Source of the DNA: Auanema rhodensis
Taxonomy: Eukaryota > Animalia > Nematoda
NCBI GenBank assembly: GCA_964057225.1
Contig: OZ059897.1
Span: forward strand, 5,022,001-5,086,000
Direction of reading: 5' to 3'
DNA length: 64,000 bases
Part shown: positions 40,657-53,857 of the stretch, in pieces
How positions within the stretch are numbered: the stretch's first letter is position 1
Layout: the number at the start of each line of letters is the position of its first letter
The notes under the pieces: model-generated
Seen by the model: the letters and a program-made list of their open reading frames with translations, nothing else
Databases searched by the model: none
What the model was told of the DNA's origin: nothing
Program-made: the position numbers and the translations under genes

Positions 40657-43600
40657 TCACGTGTACATTTAATTAGCATAAATTAAAGTTCACGTAAATT
40701 TCAAAGTCATGGTGACCATGCACCAATATCAATAAAAATTTGTTTTCAGACTAATATGGAGATGGGGAATCTAATATTGAAAACCGCATCTCTTTATCTT
40801 TCACGTGAAGCAAGTTACATCCCAAGTGCACATCACGTGTACATTTAATTAGCATAAATTAAAGTTCACGTAAATTTCAAAGTCATGGTTACCATGCACC
40901 AATATCAATAAAAATTTGTTTTTAGACTAATATGGATATGGGGAATCTAATTTTGAAAACCGCATCTCTTTATCTTTCACGTGAAGCGAGTTACATACCA
41001 AGTGCACATCACGTGTGCATTTAATTAGCATAAATTAAAGTTCACGTAAATTTCAAAATCATGGTTACCATGCACCAATATCAATAAAAATTTGTTTTTA
41101 GACTAATATGCACATGGGGAATCTAATTTTAAAAACCGCATCTCTTTATCTTTCACGTGAAGTGAGTTACATACCAAGTGCACAGCACGTGTACATTTAA
41201 TTAGCATAAATTAAAGTTCACGTAAATTTCAAAGTCATGGTTACCATGCACTAATATCAATAAAAATTTGTTTTTAGACTAATATGGACATGGGGAATCT
41301 AATTTTGAAAACCGAATCTCTTTATCTTTCACGTGAAGCAAGTTACATACCAAGTGCACATCACGTGCACATTTAATTAGCATAAATTAAAGTTCACGTA
41401 AATTTCAAAGTCATGGTTACCATGCACCAATATCAATAAAAATTTGTTTTTAGACTAATATGGACATGGGGAATCTAATTTTGAAAACCGCATCTCTTTA
41501 TCTTTCACGTGAAGCGAGTTACATACCAAGTGCACATCACGTGTACATTTAATTAGCATAAATTGAAGTTCACGTAAATTTCAAAGTCATGGTTACCATG
41601 CACCAATATCAATAAAAATTTGTTTTTAGACTAATATGGACATGGGGAATCTAATTTTGAAAACCGCATCTCTTTATCTTTCACGTGAAGTGAGTTACAT
41701 ACCAAGTGTACATCACGTGCACATTTAATTAGCATAAATTAAAGTTCACGTAAATTTCAAAGTCATGGTTACCATGCACCAATATCAATAAAAATTTGTT
41801 TTTAGACTAATATGGACATGGGGAATCTAATATTGAAAACCGCATCTCTTTATCTTTCACGTGAAGCAAGTTACATACCAAGTGCACATCACGTGTACAT
41901 TTAATTAGCATAAATTAAAGTTCACGTAAATTTCAAAGTCATGGTTACCATGCATTAATATCAATAAAAATTTGTTTTTAGACTAATATGGACATGGGGA
42001 ATCTAATTTTGAAAACCGCATCTCTTTATCTTTCACGTGAAGCAAGTTACGAACCAAGTGCACATCACGTGTACATTTAATTAGCATAAATTAAGGTTCA
42101 CGTAAATTTCAAAGTCATGGTTACCATGCACCAATATCAATAAAAATTTGTTTTTAGACTAATATGGACATGGGGAATCTAATTTTGAAAACCGCATCTC
42201 TTTATCTTTCACGTGAAGCGAGTTACATACCAAGTGCACATCACGTGTACATTTAATTAGCATAAATTAAAGTTCACGTAAATTTCAAAGTCATGGTTAC
42301 CATGCACCAATATCAATAAAAATTTGTTTTTAGACTAATATGCACATGGGGAATCTAATTTTAAAAACCGCATCTCTTTATCTTTCACGTGAAGTGAGTT
42401 ACATACCAAGTGCATAGCACGTGTACATTTAATTAGCATAAATTAAAGTTCACGTAAATTTCAAAGTCATGGTTACCATGCACCAATATCAATAAAAATT
42501 TGTTTTTAGACTAATATGGACATGGGGAATCTAATATTAAAAACCGCATCTCTTTATCTTTCACGTGAAGCAAGTTACATCCCAAGTGCACATCACGTGT
42601 ACATTTAATTAGCATAAATTAAAGTTCACGTAAATTTCAAAGTCATGGTTACCATGCACCAATATCAATAAAAATTTGTTTTTAGACTAATATGGATATG
42701 GGGAATCTAATTTTGAAAACCGCATCTCTTTATCTTTCATGTGAAGCGAGTTACATACCAAGTGCACATCACGTGTGCATTTAATTAGAATAAATTAAAG
42801 TTCACGTAAATTTCAAAATCATGGTTACCATGCACCAATATCAATAAAAATTTGTTTTTAGACTAATATGCACATGGGGAATCTAATTTTAAAAACCGCA
42901 TCTCTTTATCTTTCACGTGAAGTGAGTTACATACCAAGTGCACAGCACGTGTACATTTAATTAGCATAAATTAAAGTTCACGTAAATTTCAAAGTCATGG
43001 TTACCATGCACTAATATCAATAAAAATTTGTTTTTAGACTAATATGGACATGGGGAATCTAATTTTGAAAACCGCATCTCTTTATCTTTCACGTGAAGCG
43101 AGTTACATACCAAGTGCACATCACGTGTACATTTAATTAGCATAAATTGAAGTTCACGTAAATTTCAAAGTCATGGTTACCATGCACCAATATCAATAAA
43201 AATTTGTTTTTAGACTAATATGGACATGGGGAATCTAATTTTGAAAACCGCGTCTCTTTATCTTTCACGTGAAGCGAGTTACATACCAAGTGCACATCAC
43301 GTGTACATTTAATTAGCATAAATTAAAGTTCACGTAAATTTCAAAGTCATGGTTACCATGCACCAATATCAATAAAAATTTGTTTTTAGACTAATATGGA
43401 CATGGGGAATCTAATTTTGAAAACCGCATCTCTTTATCTTTCACGTGAAGCAAGTTACATACCAAGTGCACAGCACGTGTACATTTAATTAGCATAAATT
43501 AAAGTTCACGTAAATTTCAAAGTCATGGTTACCATGCACCAATATCAATAAAAATTTGTTTTTAGACTAATATGGACATGGGGAATCTAATTTTGAAAAC

Positions 43601-46600
43601 CGCATCTCTTTATCTTTCACGTGAAGTGAGTTACATACCAAGTGCACATCACGTGTACATTTAATTAGCATAAATTAAAGTTCACGTAAATTTCAAAGTC
43701 ATGGTTACCATGCACCAATATCAATAAAAATTTGTTTTTAGACTAATATGGACATGGGGAATCTAATATTGAAAACCGCATCTCTTTATCTTTCACGTGA
43801 AGCAAGTTACATCCCAAGTGCACATCACGTGTACATTTAATTAGCATAAATTAAAGTTCACGTAAATTTCAAAGTCATGGTTACCATGCACCAATATCAA
43901 TAAAAATTTGTTTTTAGACTAATATGGATATGGGGAATCTAATTTTGAAAACCGCATCTCTTTATCTTTCACGTGAAGCGAGTTACATACCAAGTGCACA
44001 TCACGTGTGCATTTAATTAGCATAAATTAAAGTTCACGTAAATTTCAAAATCATGGTTACCATGCACCAATATCAATAAAAATTTGTTTTTAGACTAATA
44101 TGCACATGGGGAATCTAATTTTAAAAACCGCATCTCTTTATCTTTCACGTGAAGTGAGTTACATACCAAGTGCACAGCACGTGTACATTTAATTAGCATA
44201 AATTAAAGTTCACGTAAATTTCAAAGTCATGGTTACCATGCACCAATATCAATAAAAATTTGTTTTTAGACTAATATGGACATGGGGAATCTAATTTTGA
44301 AAACCGCGTCTCTTTATCTTTCACGTGAAGCGAGTTACATACCAAGTGCACATCACGTGTACATTTAATTAGCATAAATTAAAGTTCACGTAAATTTCAA
44401 AGTCATGGTTACCATGCACCAATATCAATAAAAATTTGTTTTTAGACTAATATGGATATGGGGAATCTAATTTTGAAAACCGCATCTCTTTATCTTTCAC
44501 GTGAAGCAAGTTACATACCAAGTGCACAGCACGTGTACATTTAATTAGCATAAATTAAAGTTCACGTAAATTTCAAAGTCATGGTTACCATGCACCAATA
44601 TCAATAAAAATTTGTTTTTAGACTAATATGGACATGGGGAATCTAATTTTGAAAACCGCATCTCTTTATCTTTCACGTGAAGCGAGTTACATACCATGTG
44701 CACATCACGTGTACATTTAATTAGCATAAATTAAAGTTCACGTAAATTTCAAAGTCATGGTTACCATGCACCAATATCAATAAAAATTTGTTTTTAGACT
44801 AATATGGACATGGGGAATCTAATTTTGAAAACCGCATCTCTTTATCTTTCACGTGAAGTGAGTTACATACCAAGTGTACATCACGTGCACATTTAATTAG
44901 CATAAATTAAAGTTAACGTAAATTTCAAAGTCATGGTTACCATGCACCAATATCAATAAAAATTTGTTTTTAGACTAATATGGACATGGGGAATCTAATT
45001 TTGAAAACCGCATCTCTTTATCTTTCACGTGAAGCAAGTTACATACCAAGTGCACAGCACGTGTACATTTAATTAGCATAAATTAAAGTTCACGTAAATT
45101 TCAAAGTCATGGTTACCATGCACCAATATCAATAAAAATTTGTTTTTAGACTAATATGGACATGGGGAATCTAATTTTGAAAACCGCATCTCTTTATCTT
45201 TCACGTGAAGCGAGTTACATACCAAGTGCACATCACGTGTACATTTAATTAGCATAAATTAAAGTTCACGTAAATTTCAAAGTCATGGTGACCATGCACT
45301 AATATCAATAAAAATTTGTTTTTAGACTAATATGGACATGGGGAATCTAATTTTAAAAACCGCATCTCTTTATCTTTCACGTGAAGCAAGTTACATACCA
45401 AGTGCACAGCACGTGTACATTTAATTAGCATAAATTAAAGTTCACGTAAATTTCAAAGTCATGGTTACCATGCACCAATATCAATAAAAATTTGTTTTCA
45501 GACTAATATGGAGATGGGGAATCTAATATTGAAAACCGCATCTCTTTATCTTTCACGTGAAGTGAGTTACATACCAAGTGCACAGCACGTGTACATTTAA
45601 TTAGCATAAATTAAAGTTCACGTAAATTTCAAAGTCATGGTTACCATGCACTAATATCAATAAAAATTTGTTTTTAGACTAATATGGACATGGGGAATCT
45701 AATTTTGAAAACCGAATCTCTTTATCTTTCACGTGAAGCAAGTTACATACCAAGTGCACATCACGTGCACATTTAATTAGCATAAATTAAAGTTCACGTA
45801 AATTTCAAAGTCATGGTTACCATGCACCAATATCAATAAAAATTTGTTTTTAGACTAATATGCACATGGGGAATCTAATTTTAAAAACCGCATCTCTTTA
45901 TCTTTCACGTGAAGTGAGTTACATACCAAGTGCACAGCACGTGTACATTTAATTAGCATAAATTAAAGTTCACGTAAATTTCAAAGTCATGGTTACCATG
46001 CACTAATATCAATAAAAATTTGTTTTTAGACTAATATGGACATGGGGAATCTAATTTTGAAAACCGAATCTCTTTATCTTTCACGTGAAGCAAGTTACAT
46101 ACCAAGTGCACATCACGTGCACATTTAATTAGCATAAATTAAAGTTCACGTAAATTTCAAAGTCATGGTTACCATGCACCAATATCAATAAAAATTTGTT
46201 TTTAGACTAATATGGACATGGGGAATCTAATTTTGAAAACCGCATCTCTTTATCTTTCACGTGAAGCGAGTTACATACCAAGTGCACATCACGTGTACAT
46301 TTAATTAGCATAAATTGAAGTTCACGTAAATTTCAAAGTCATGGTTACCATGCACCAATATCAATAAAAATTTGTTTTTAGACTAATATGGACATGGGGA
46401 ATCTAATTTTGAAAACCGCATCTCTTTATCTTTCACGTGAAGTGAGTTACATACCAAGTGTACATCACGTGCACATTTAATTAGCATAAATTAAAGTTCA
46501 CGTAAATTTCAAAGTCATGGTTACCATGCACCAATATCAATAAAAATTTGTTTTTAGACTAATATGGACATGGGGAATCTAATTTTGAAAACCGCATCTC

Positions 46601-49600
46601 TTTATCTTTCACGTGAAGCGAGTTACATACCAAGTGCACATCACGTGTACATTTAATTAGCATAAATTAAAGTTCACGTAATTTTCAAAGTCATGGTTAC
46701 CATGCACCAATATCAATAAAAATTTGTTTTTAGACTAATATGCACATGGGGAATCTAATTTTAAAAACCGCATCTCTTTATCTTTCACGTGAAGTGAGTT
46801 ACATACCAAGTGCATAGCACGTGTACATTTAATTAGCATAAATTAAAGTTCACGTAAATTTCAAAGTCATGGTTACCATGCACTAATATCAATAAAAATT
46901 TGTTTTCAGACTAATATGGACATGGGGAATCTAATTTTGGAAACCGCATCTCTTTATCTTTCACGTGAAGTGAGTTACATACCAAGTGCACATCACGTGT
47001 ACATTTAATTAGCATAAATTAAAGTTCACGTAAATTTCAAAGTCATGGTTACCATGCACCAATATCAATAAAAATTTGTTTTTAGACTAATATGGACATG
47101 GGGAATCTAATTTTAAAAACCGCATCTCTTTATCTTTCACGTGAAGCAAGTTACATACCAAGTGCATAGCACGTGTACATTTAATTAGCATAAATTAAAG
47201 TTCACGTAAATTTCAAAGTCATGGTTACCATGCACCAATATCAATAAAAATTTGTTTTTAGACTAATATGGACATGGGGAATCTAATTTTGAAAACCGCA
47301 TCTCTTTATCTTTCACGTGAAGCAAGTTACATACCAAGTGCATATCACGTGCACAATTAATTAGCATAAATTAAAGTTCACGTAAATTTCAAACTCATGG
47401 TTACCATGCACCAATATCAATAAAAATTTGTTTTTAGACTAATATGGACATGGGGAATCTAATTTTGGAAACCGCATCTCTTTATCTTTCACGTGAAGCG
47501 AGTTACATACCAAGTGCACATCACGTGTACATTTAATTAACATAAATTAAAGTTCACGTAAATTTCAAACTCATGGTTACCATGCACCAATATCAATAAA
47601 AATTTGTCTTTAGACTAATATGGACATGGGGAATCTAATTTTAAAAACCGCATCTCTTTATCTTTCACGTGAAGCAAGTTACATACCAAGTGCACAGCAC
47701 GTGTACATTTAATTAGCATAAATTAAAGTTCACGTAAATTTCAAAGTCATGGTGACCATGCACTAATATCAATAAAAATTTGTTTTTAGACTAATATGGA
47801 CATGGGGAATCTAATTTTAAAAACCGCATCTCTTTATCTTTCACGTGAAGCAAGTTACATACCAAGTGCACAGCACGTGTACATTTAATTAGCATAAATT
47901 AAAGTTCACGTAAATTTCAAAGTCATGGTTACCATGCACCAATATCAATAAAAATTTGTTTTTAGACTAATATGGACATGGGGAATCTAATATTGAAAAC
48001 CGCATCTCTTTATCTTTCACGTGAAGCAAGTTACATCCCAAGTGCACATCACGTGTACATTTAATTAGCATAAATTAAAGTTCACGTAAATTTCAAAGTC
48101 ATGGTTACCATGCACCAATATCAATAAAAATTTGTTTTTAGACTAATATGGATATGGGGAATCTAATTTTGAAAACCGCATCTCTTTATCTTTCACGTGA
48201 AGCGAGTTACATACCAAGTGCACATCACGTGTGCATTTAATTAGCATAAATTAAAGTTCACGTAAATTTCAAAATCATGGTTACCATGCACCAATATCAA
48301 TAAAAATTTGTTTTTAGACTAATATGCACATGGGGAATCTAATTTTAAAAACCGCATCTCTTTATCTTTCACGTGAAGTGAGTTACATACCAAGTGCACA
48401 GCACGTGTACATTTAATTAGCATAAATTAAAGTTCACGTAAATTTCAAAGTCATGGTTACCATGCACTAATATCAATAAAAATTTGTTTTTAGACTAATA
48501 TGGACATGGGGAATCTAATTTTGAAAACCGCATCTCTTTATCTTTCACGTGAAGCAAGTTACATACCAAGTGCACATCACGTGCACATTTAATTAGCATA
48601 AATTAAAGTTCACGTAAATTTCAAAGTCATGGTTACCATGCACCAATATCAATAAAAATTTGTTTTTAGACTAATATGGACATGGGGAATCTAATTTTGA
48701 AAACCGCATCTCTTTATCTTTCACGTGAAGCGAGTTACATACCAAGTGCACATCACGTGTACATTTAATTAGCATAAATTGAAGTTCACGTAAATTTCAA
48801 AGTCATGGTTACCATGCACCAATATCAATAAAAATTTGTTTTTAGACTAATATGGACATGGGGAATCTAATTTTGAAAACCGCGTCTCTTTATCTTTCAC
48901 GTGAAGCGAGTTACATACCAAGTGCACATCACGTGTACATTTAATTAGCATAAATTAAAGTTCACGTAAATTTCAAAGTCATGGTTACCATGCACCAATA
49001 TCAATAAAAATTTGTTTTTAGACTAATATGGATATGGGGAATCTAATTTTGAAAACCGCATCTCTTTATCTTTCACGTGAAGCGAGTTACATACCAAGTG
49101 CACATCACGTGTGCATTTAATTAGCATAAATTAAAGTTCACGTAAATTTCAAAGTCATGGTTACCATGCACCAATATCAATAAAAATTTGTTTTTAGACT
49201 AATATGGACATGGGGAATCTAATTTTGAAAACCGCATCTCTTTATCTTTCACGTGAAGCGAGTTACATACCAAGTGCACATCACGTGTACATTTAATTAG
49301 CATAAATTGAAGTTCACGTAAATTTCAAAGTCATGGTTACCATGCACCAATATCAATAAAAATTTGTTTTTAGACTAATATGGACATGGGGAATCTAATT
49401 TTGAAAACCGCGTCTCTTTATCTTTCACGTGAAGCAAGTTACATCCCAAGTGCACATCACGTGTACATTTAATTAGCATAAATTAAAGTTCACGTAAATT
49501 TCAAAGTCATGGTTACCATGCACCAATATCAATAAAAATTTGTTTTTAGACTAATATGGATATGGGGAATCTAATTTTGAAAACCGCATCTCTTTATCTT

Positions 49601-52600
49601 TCACGTGAAGCGAGTTACATACCAAGTGCACATCACGTGTGCATTTAATTAGCATAAATTAAAGTTCACGTAAATTTCAAAATCATGGTTACCATGCACC
49701 AATATCAATAAAAATTTGTTTTTAGACTAATATGCACATGGGGAATCTAATTTTAAAAACCGCATCTCTTTATCTTTCACGTGAAGTGAGTTACATACCA
49801 AGTGCACAGCACGTGTACATTTAATTAGCATAAATTAAAGTTCACGTAAATTTCAAAGTCATGGTTACCATGCACTAATATCAATAAAAATTTGTTTTTA
49901 GACTAATATGGACATGGGGAATCTAATTTTGAAAACCGCATCTCTTTATCTTTCACGTGAAGCAAGTTACATACCAAGTGCACATCACGTGCACATTTAA
50001 TTAGCATAAATTAAAGTTCACGTAAATTTCAAAGTCATGGTTACCATGCACCAATATCAATAAAAATTTGTTTTTAGACTAATAGGGACATGGGGAATCT
50101 AATTTTGAAAACCGCATCTCTTTATCTTTCACGTGAAGCGAGTTACATACCAAGTGCACATCACGTGTACATTTAATTAGCATAAATTGAAGTTCACGTA
50201 AATTTCAAAGTCATGGTTACCATGCACCAATATCAATAAAAATTTGTTTTTAGACTAATATGGACATGGGGAATCTAATTTTGAAAACCGCGTCTCTTTA
50301 TCTTTCACGTGAAGCGAGTTACATACCAAGTGCACATCACGTGTACATTTAATTAGCATAAATTAAAGTTCACGTAAATTTCAAAGTCATGGTTACCATG
50401 CACCAATATCAATAAAAATTTGTTTTTAGACTAATATGGACATGGGGAATCTAATTTTAAAAACCGCATCTCTTCATCTTTCACGTGAAGCAAGTTACAT
50501 ACCAAGTGCACAGCACGTGTACATTTAATTAGCATAAATTAAAGTTCACGTAAATTTCAAAGTCATGGTTACCATGCACCAATATCAATAAAAATTTGTT
50601 TTTAGACTAATATGGACATGGGGAATCTAATTTTGAAAACCGCATCTCTTTATCTTTCACGTGAAGCGAGTTACATACCAAGTGCACATCACGTGTACAT
50701 TTAATTAGCATAAATTAAAGTTCACGTAAATTTCAAAGTCATGGTTACCATGCACCAATATCAATAAAAATTTGTTTTTAGACTAATATGGACATGGGGA
50801 ATCTAATTTTGAAAACCGCATCTCTTTATCTTTCACGTGAAGTGAGTTACATACCAAGTGTACATCACGTGCACATTTAATTAGCATAAATTAAAGTTAA
50901 CGTAAATTTCAAAGTCATGGTTACCATGCACCAATATCAATAAAAATTTGTTTTTAGACTAATATGGATATGGGGAATCTAATTTTGAAAACCGCATCTC
51001 TTTATCTTTCACGTGAAGCGAGTTACATACCAAGTGCACATCACGTGTACATTTAATTAGCATAAATTAAAGTTCACGTAAATTTCAAAATCATGGTTAC
51101 CATGCACTAATATCAATAAAAATTTGTTTTTAGACTAATATGCACATGGGGAATCTAATTTTAAAAACCGCATCTCTTTATCTTTCACGTGAAGCAAGTT
51201 ACATACCAAGTGCACAGCACGTGTACATTTAATTAGCATAAATTAAAGTTCACGTAAATTTCAAAGTCATGGTTACCATGCACTAATATCAATAAAAATT
51301 TGTTTTTAGACTAATATGGACATGGGGAATCTAATTTTGAAAACCGCATCTCTTTATCTTTCACGTGAAGCAAGTTACATACCAAGTGCACATCACGTGC
51401 ACATTTAATTAGCATAAATTAAAGTTCACGTAAATTTCAAAGTCATGGTTACCATGCACCAATATCAATAAAAATTTGTTTTTAGACTAATATGGACATG
51501 GGGAATCTAATTTTGAAAACCGCATCTCTTTATCTTTCACGTGAAGCGAGTTACATACCAAGTGCACATCACGTGTACATTTAATTAGCATAAATTGAAG
51601 TTCACGTAAATTTCAAAGTCATGGTTACCATGCACCAATATCAATAAAAATTTGTTTTTAGACTAATATGGACATGGGGAATCTAATTTTGAAAACCGCG
51701 TCTCTTTATCTTTCACGTGAAGCGAGTTACATACCAAGTGCACATCACGTGTACATTTAATTAGCATAAATTAAAGTTCACGTAAATTTCAAAGTCATGG
51801 TTACCATGCACCAATATCAATAAAAATTTGTTTTCAGACTAATATGGAGATGGGGAATCTAATATTGAAAACCGCATCTCTTTATCTTTCACGTGAAGTG
51901 AGTTACATACCAAGTGCACAGCACGTGTACATTTAATTAGCATAAATTAAAGTTCACGTAAATTTCAAAGTCATGGTTACCATGCACTAATATCAATAAA
52001 AATTTGTTTTTAGACTAATATGGACATGGGGAATCTAATTTTGAAAACCGAATCTCTTTATCTTTCACGTGAAGCAAGTTACATACCAAGTGCACATCAC
52101 GTGCACATTTAATTAGCATAAATTAAAGTTCACGTAAATTTCAAAGTCATGGTTACCATGCACCAATATCAATAAAAATTTGTTTTTAGACTAATATGCA
52201 CATGGGGAATCTAATTTTAAAAACCGCATCTCTTTATCTTTCACGTGAAGTGAGTTACATACCAAGTGCACAGCACGTGTACATTTAATTAGCATAAATT
52301 AAAGTTCACGTAAATTTCAAAGTCATGGTTACCATGCACTAATATCAATAAAAATTTGTTTTTAGACTAATATGGACATGGGGAATCTAATTTTGAAAAC
52401 CGAATCTCTTTATCTTTCACGTGAAGCAAGTTACATACCAAGTGCACAGCACGTGTACATTTAATTAGCATAAATTAAAGTTCACGTAAATTTCAAAGTC
52501 ATGGTTACCATGCACTAATATCAATAAAAATTTGTTTTTAGACTAATATGGACATGGGGAATCTAATTTTGAAAACCGCATCTCTTTATCTTTCACGTGA

Positions 52601-53857
52601 AGCAAGTTACATACCAAGTGTACATCACGTGCACATTTAATTAGCATAAATTAAAGTTCACGTAAATTTCAAAGTCATGGTTACCATGCACCAATATCAA
52701 TAAAAATTTGTTTTTAGACTAATATGGATATGGGGAATCTAATTTTGAAAACCGCATCTCTTTATCTTTCACGTGAAGCGAGTTACATACCAAGTGCACA
52801 TCACGTGTACATTTAATTAGCATAAATTAAAGTTCACGTAAATTTCAAAATCATGGTTACCATGCACTAATATCAATAAAAATTTGTTTTTAGACTAATA
52901 TGCACATGGGGAATCTAATTTTGAAAACCGCATCTCTTTATCTTTCACGTGAAGCAAGTTACATACCAAGTGTACATCACGTGCACATTTAATTAGCATA
53001 AATTAAAGTTAACGTAAATTTCAAAGTCATGGTTACCATGCACCAATATCAATAAAAATTTGTTTTTAGACTAATATGCACATGGGGAATCTAATTTTGA
53101 AAACCGCATCTCTTTATCTTTCACGTGAAGCAAGTTACATACCAAGTGTACATCACGTGCACATTTAATTAGCATAAATTAAAGTTAACGTAAATTTCAA
53201 AGTCATGGTTACCATGCACCAATATCAATAAAAATTTGTTTTTAGACTAATATGGATATGGGGAATCTAATTTTGAAAACCGCATCTCTTTATCTTTCAC
53301 GTGAAGCGAGTTACATACCAAGTGCACATCACGTGTACATTTAATTAGCATAAATTAAAGTTCACGTAAATTTCAAAATCATGGTTACCATGCACTAATA
53401 TCAATAAAAATTTGTTTTTAGACTAATATGCACATGGGGAATCTAATTTTAAAAACCGCATCTCTTTATCTTTCACGTGAAGCAAGTTACATACCAAGTG
53501 CACAGCACGTGTACATTTAATTAGCATAAATTAAAGTTCACGTAAATTTCAAAGTCATGGTTACCATGCACTAATATCAATAAAAATTTGTTTTTAGACT
53601 AATATGGACATGGGGAATCTAATTTTGAAAACCGCATCTCTTTATCTTTCACGTGAAGCAAGTTACATACCAAGTGCACATCACGTGCACATTTAATTAG
53701 CATAAATTAAAGTTCACGTAAATTTCAAAGTCATGGTTACCATGCACCAATATCAATAAAAATTTGTTTTTAGACTAATATGGACATGGGGAATCTAATT
53801 TTGAAAACCGCATCTCTTTATCTTTCACGTGAAGCGAGTTACATACCAAGTGCACAT

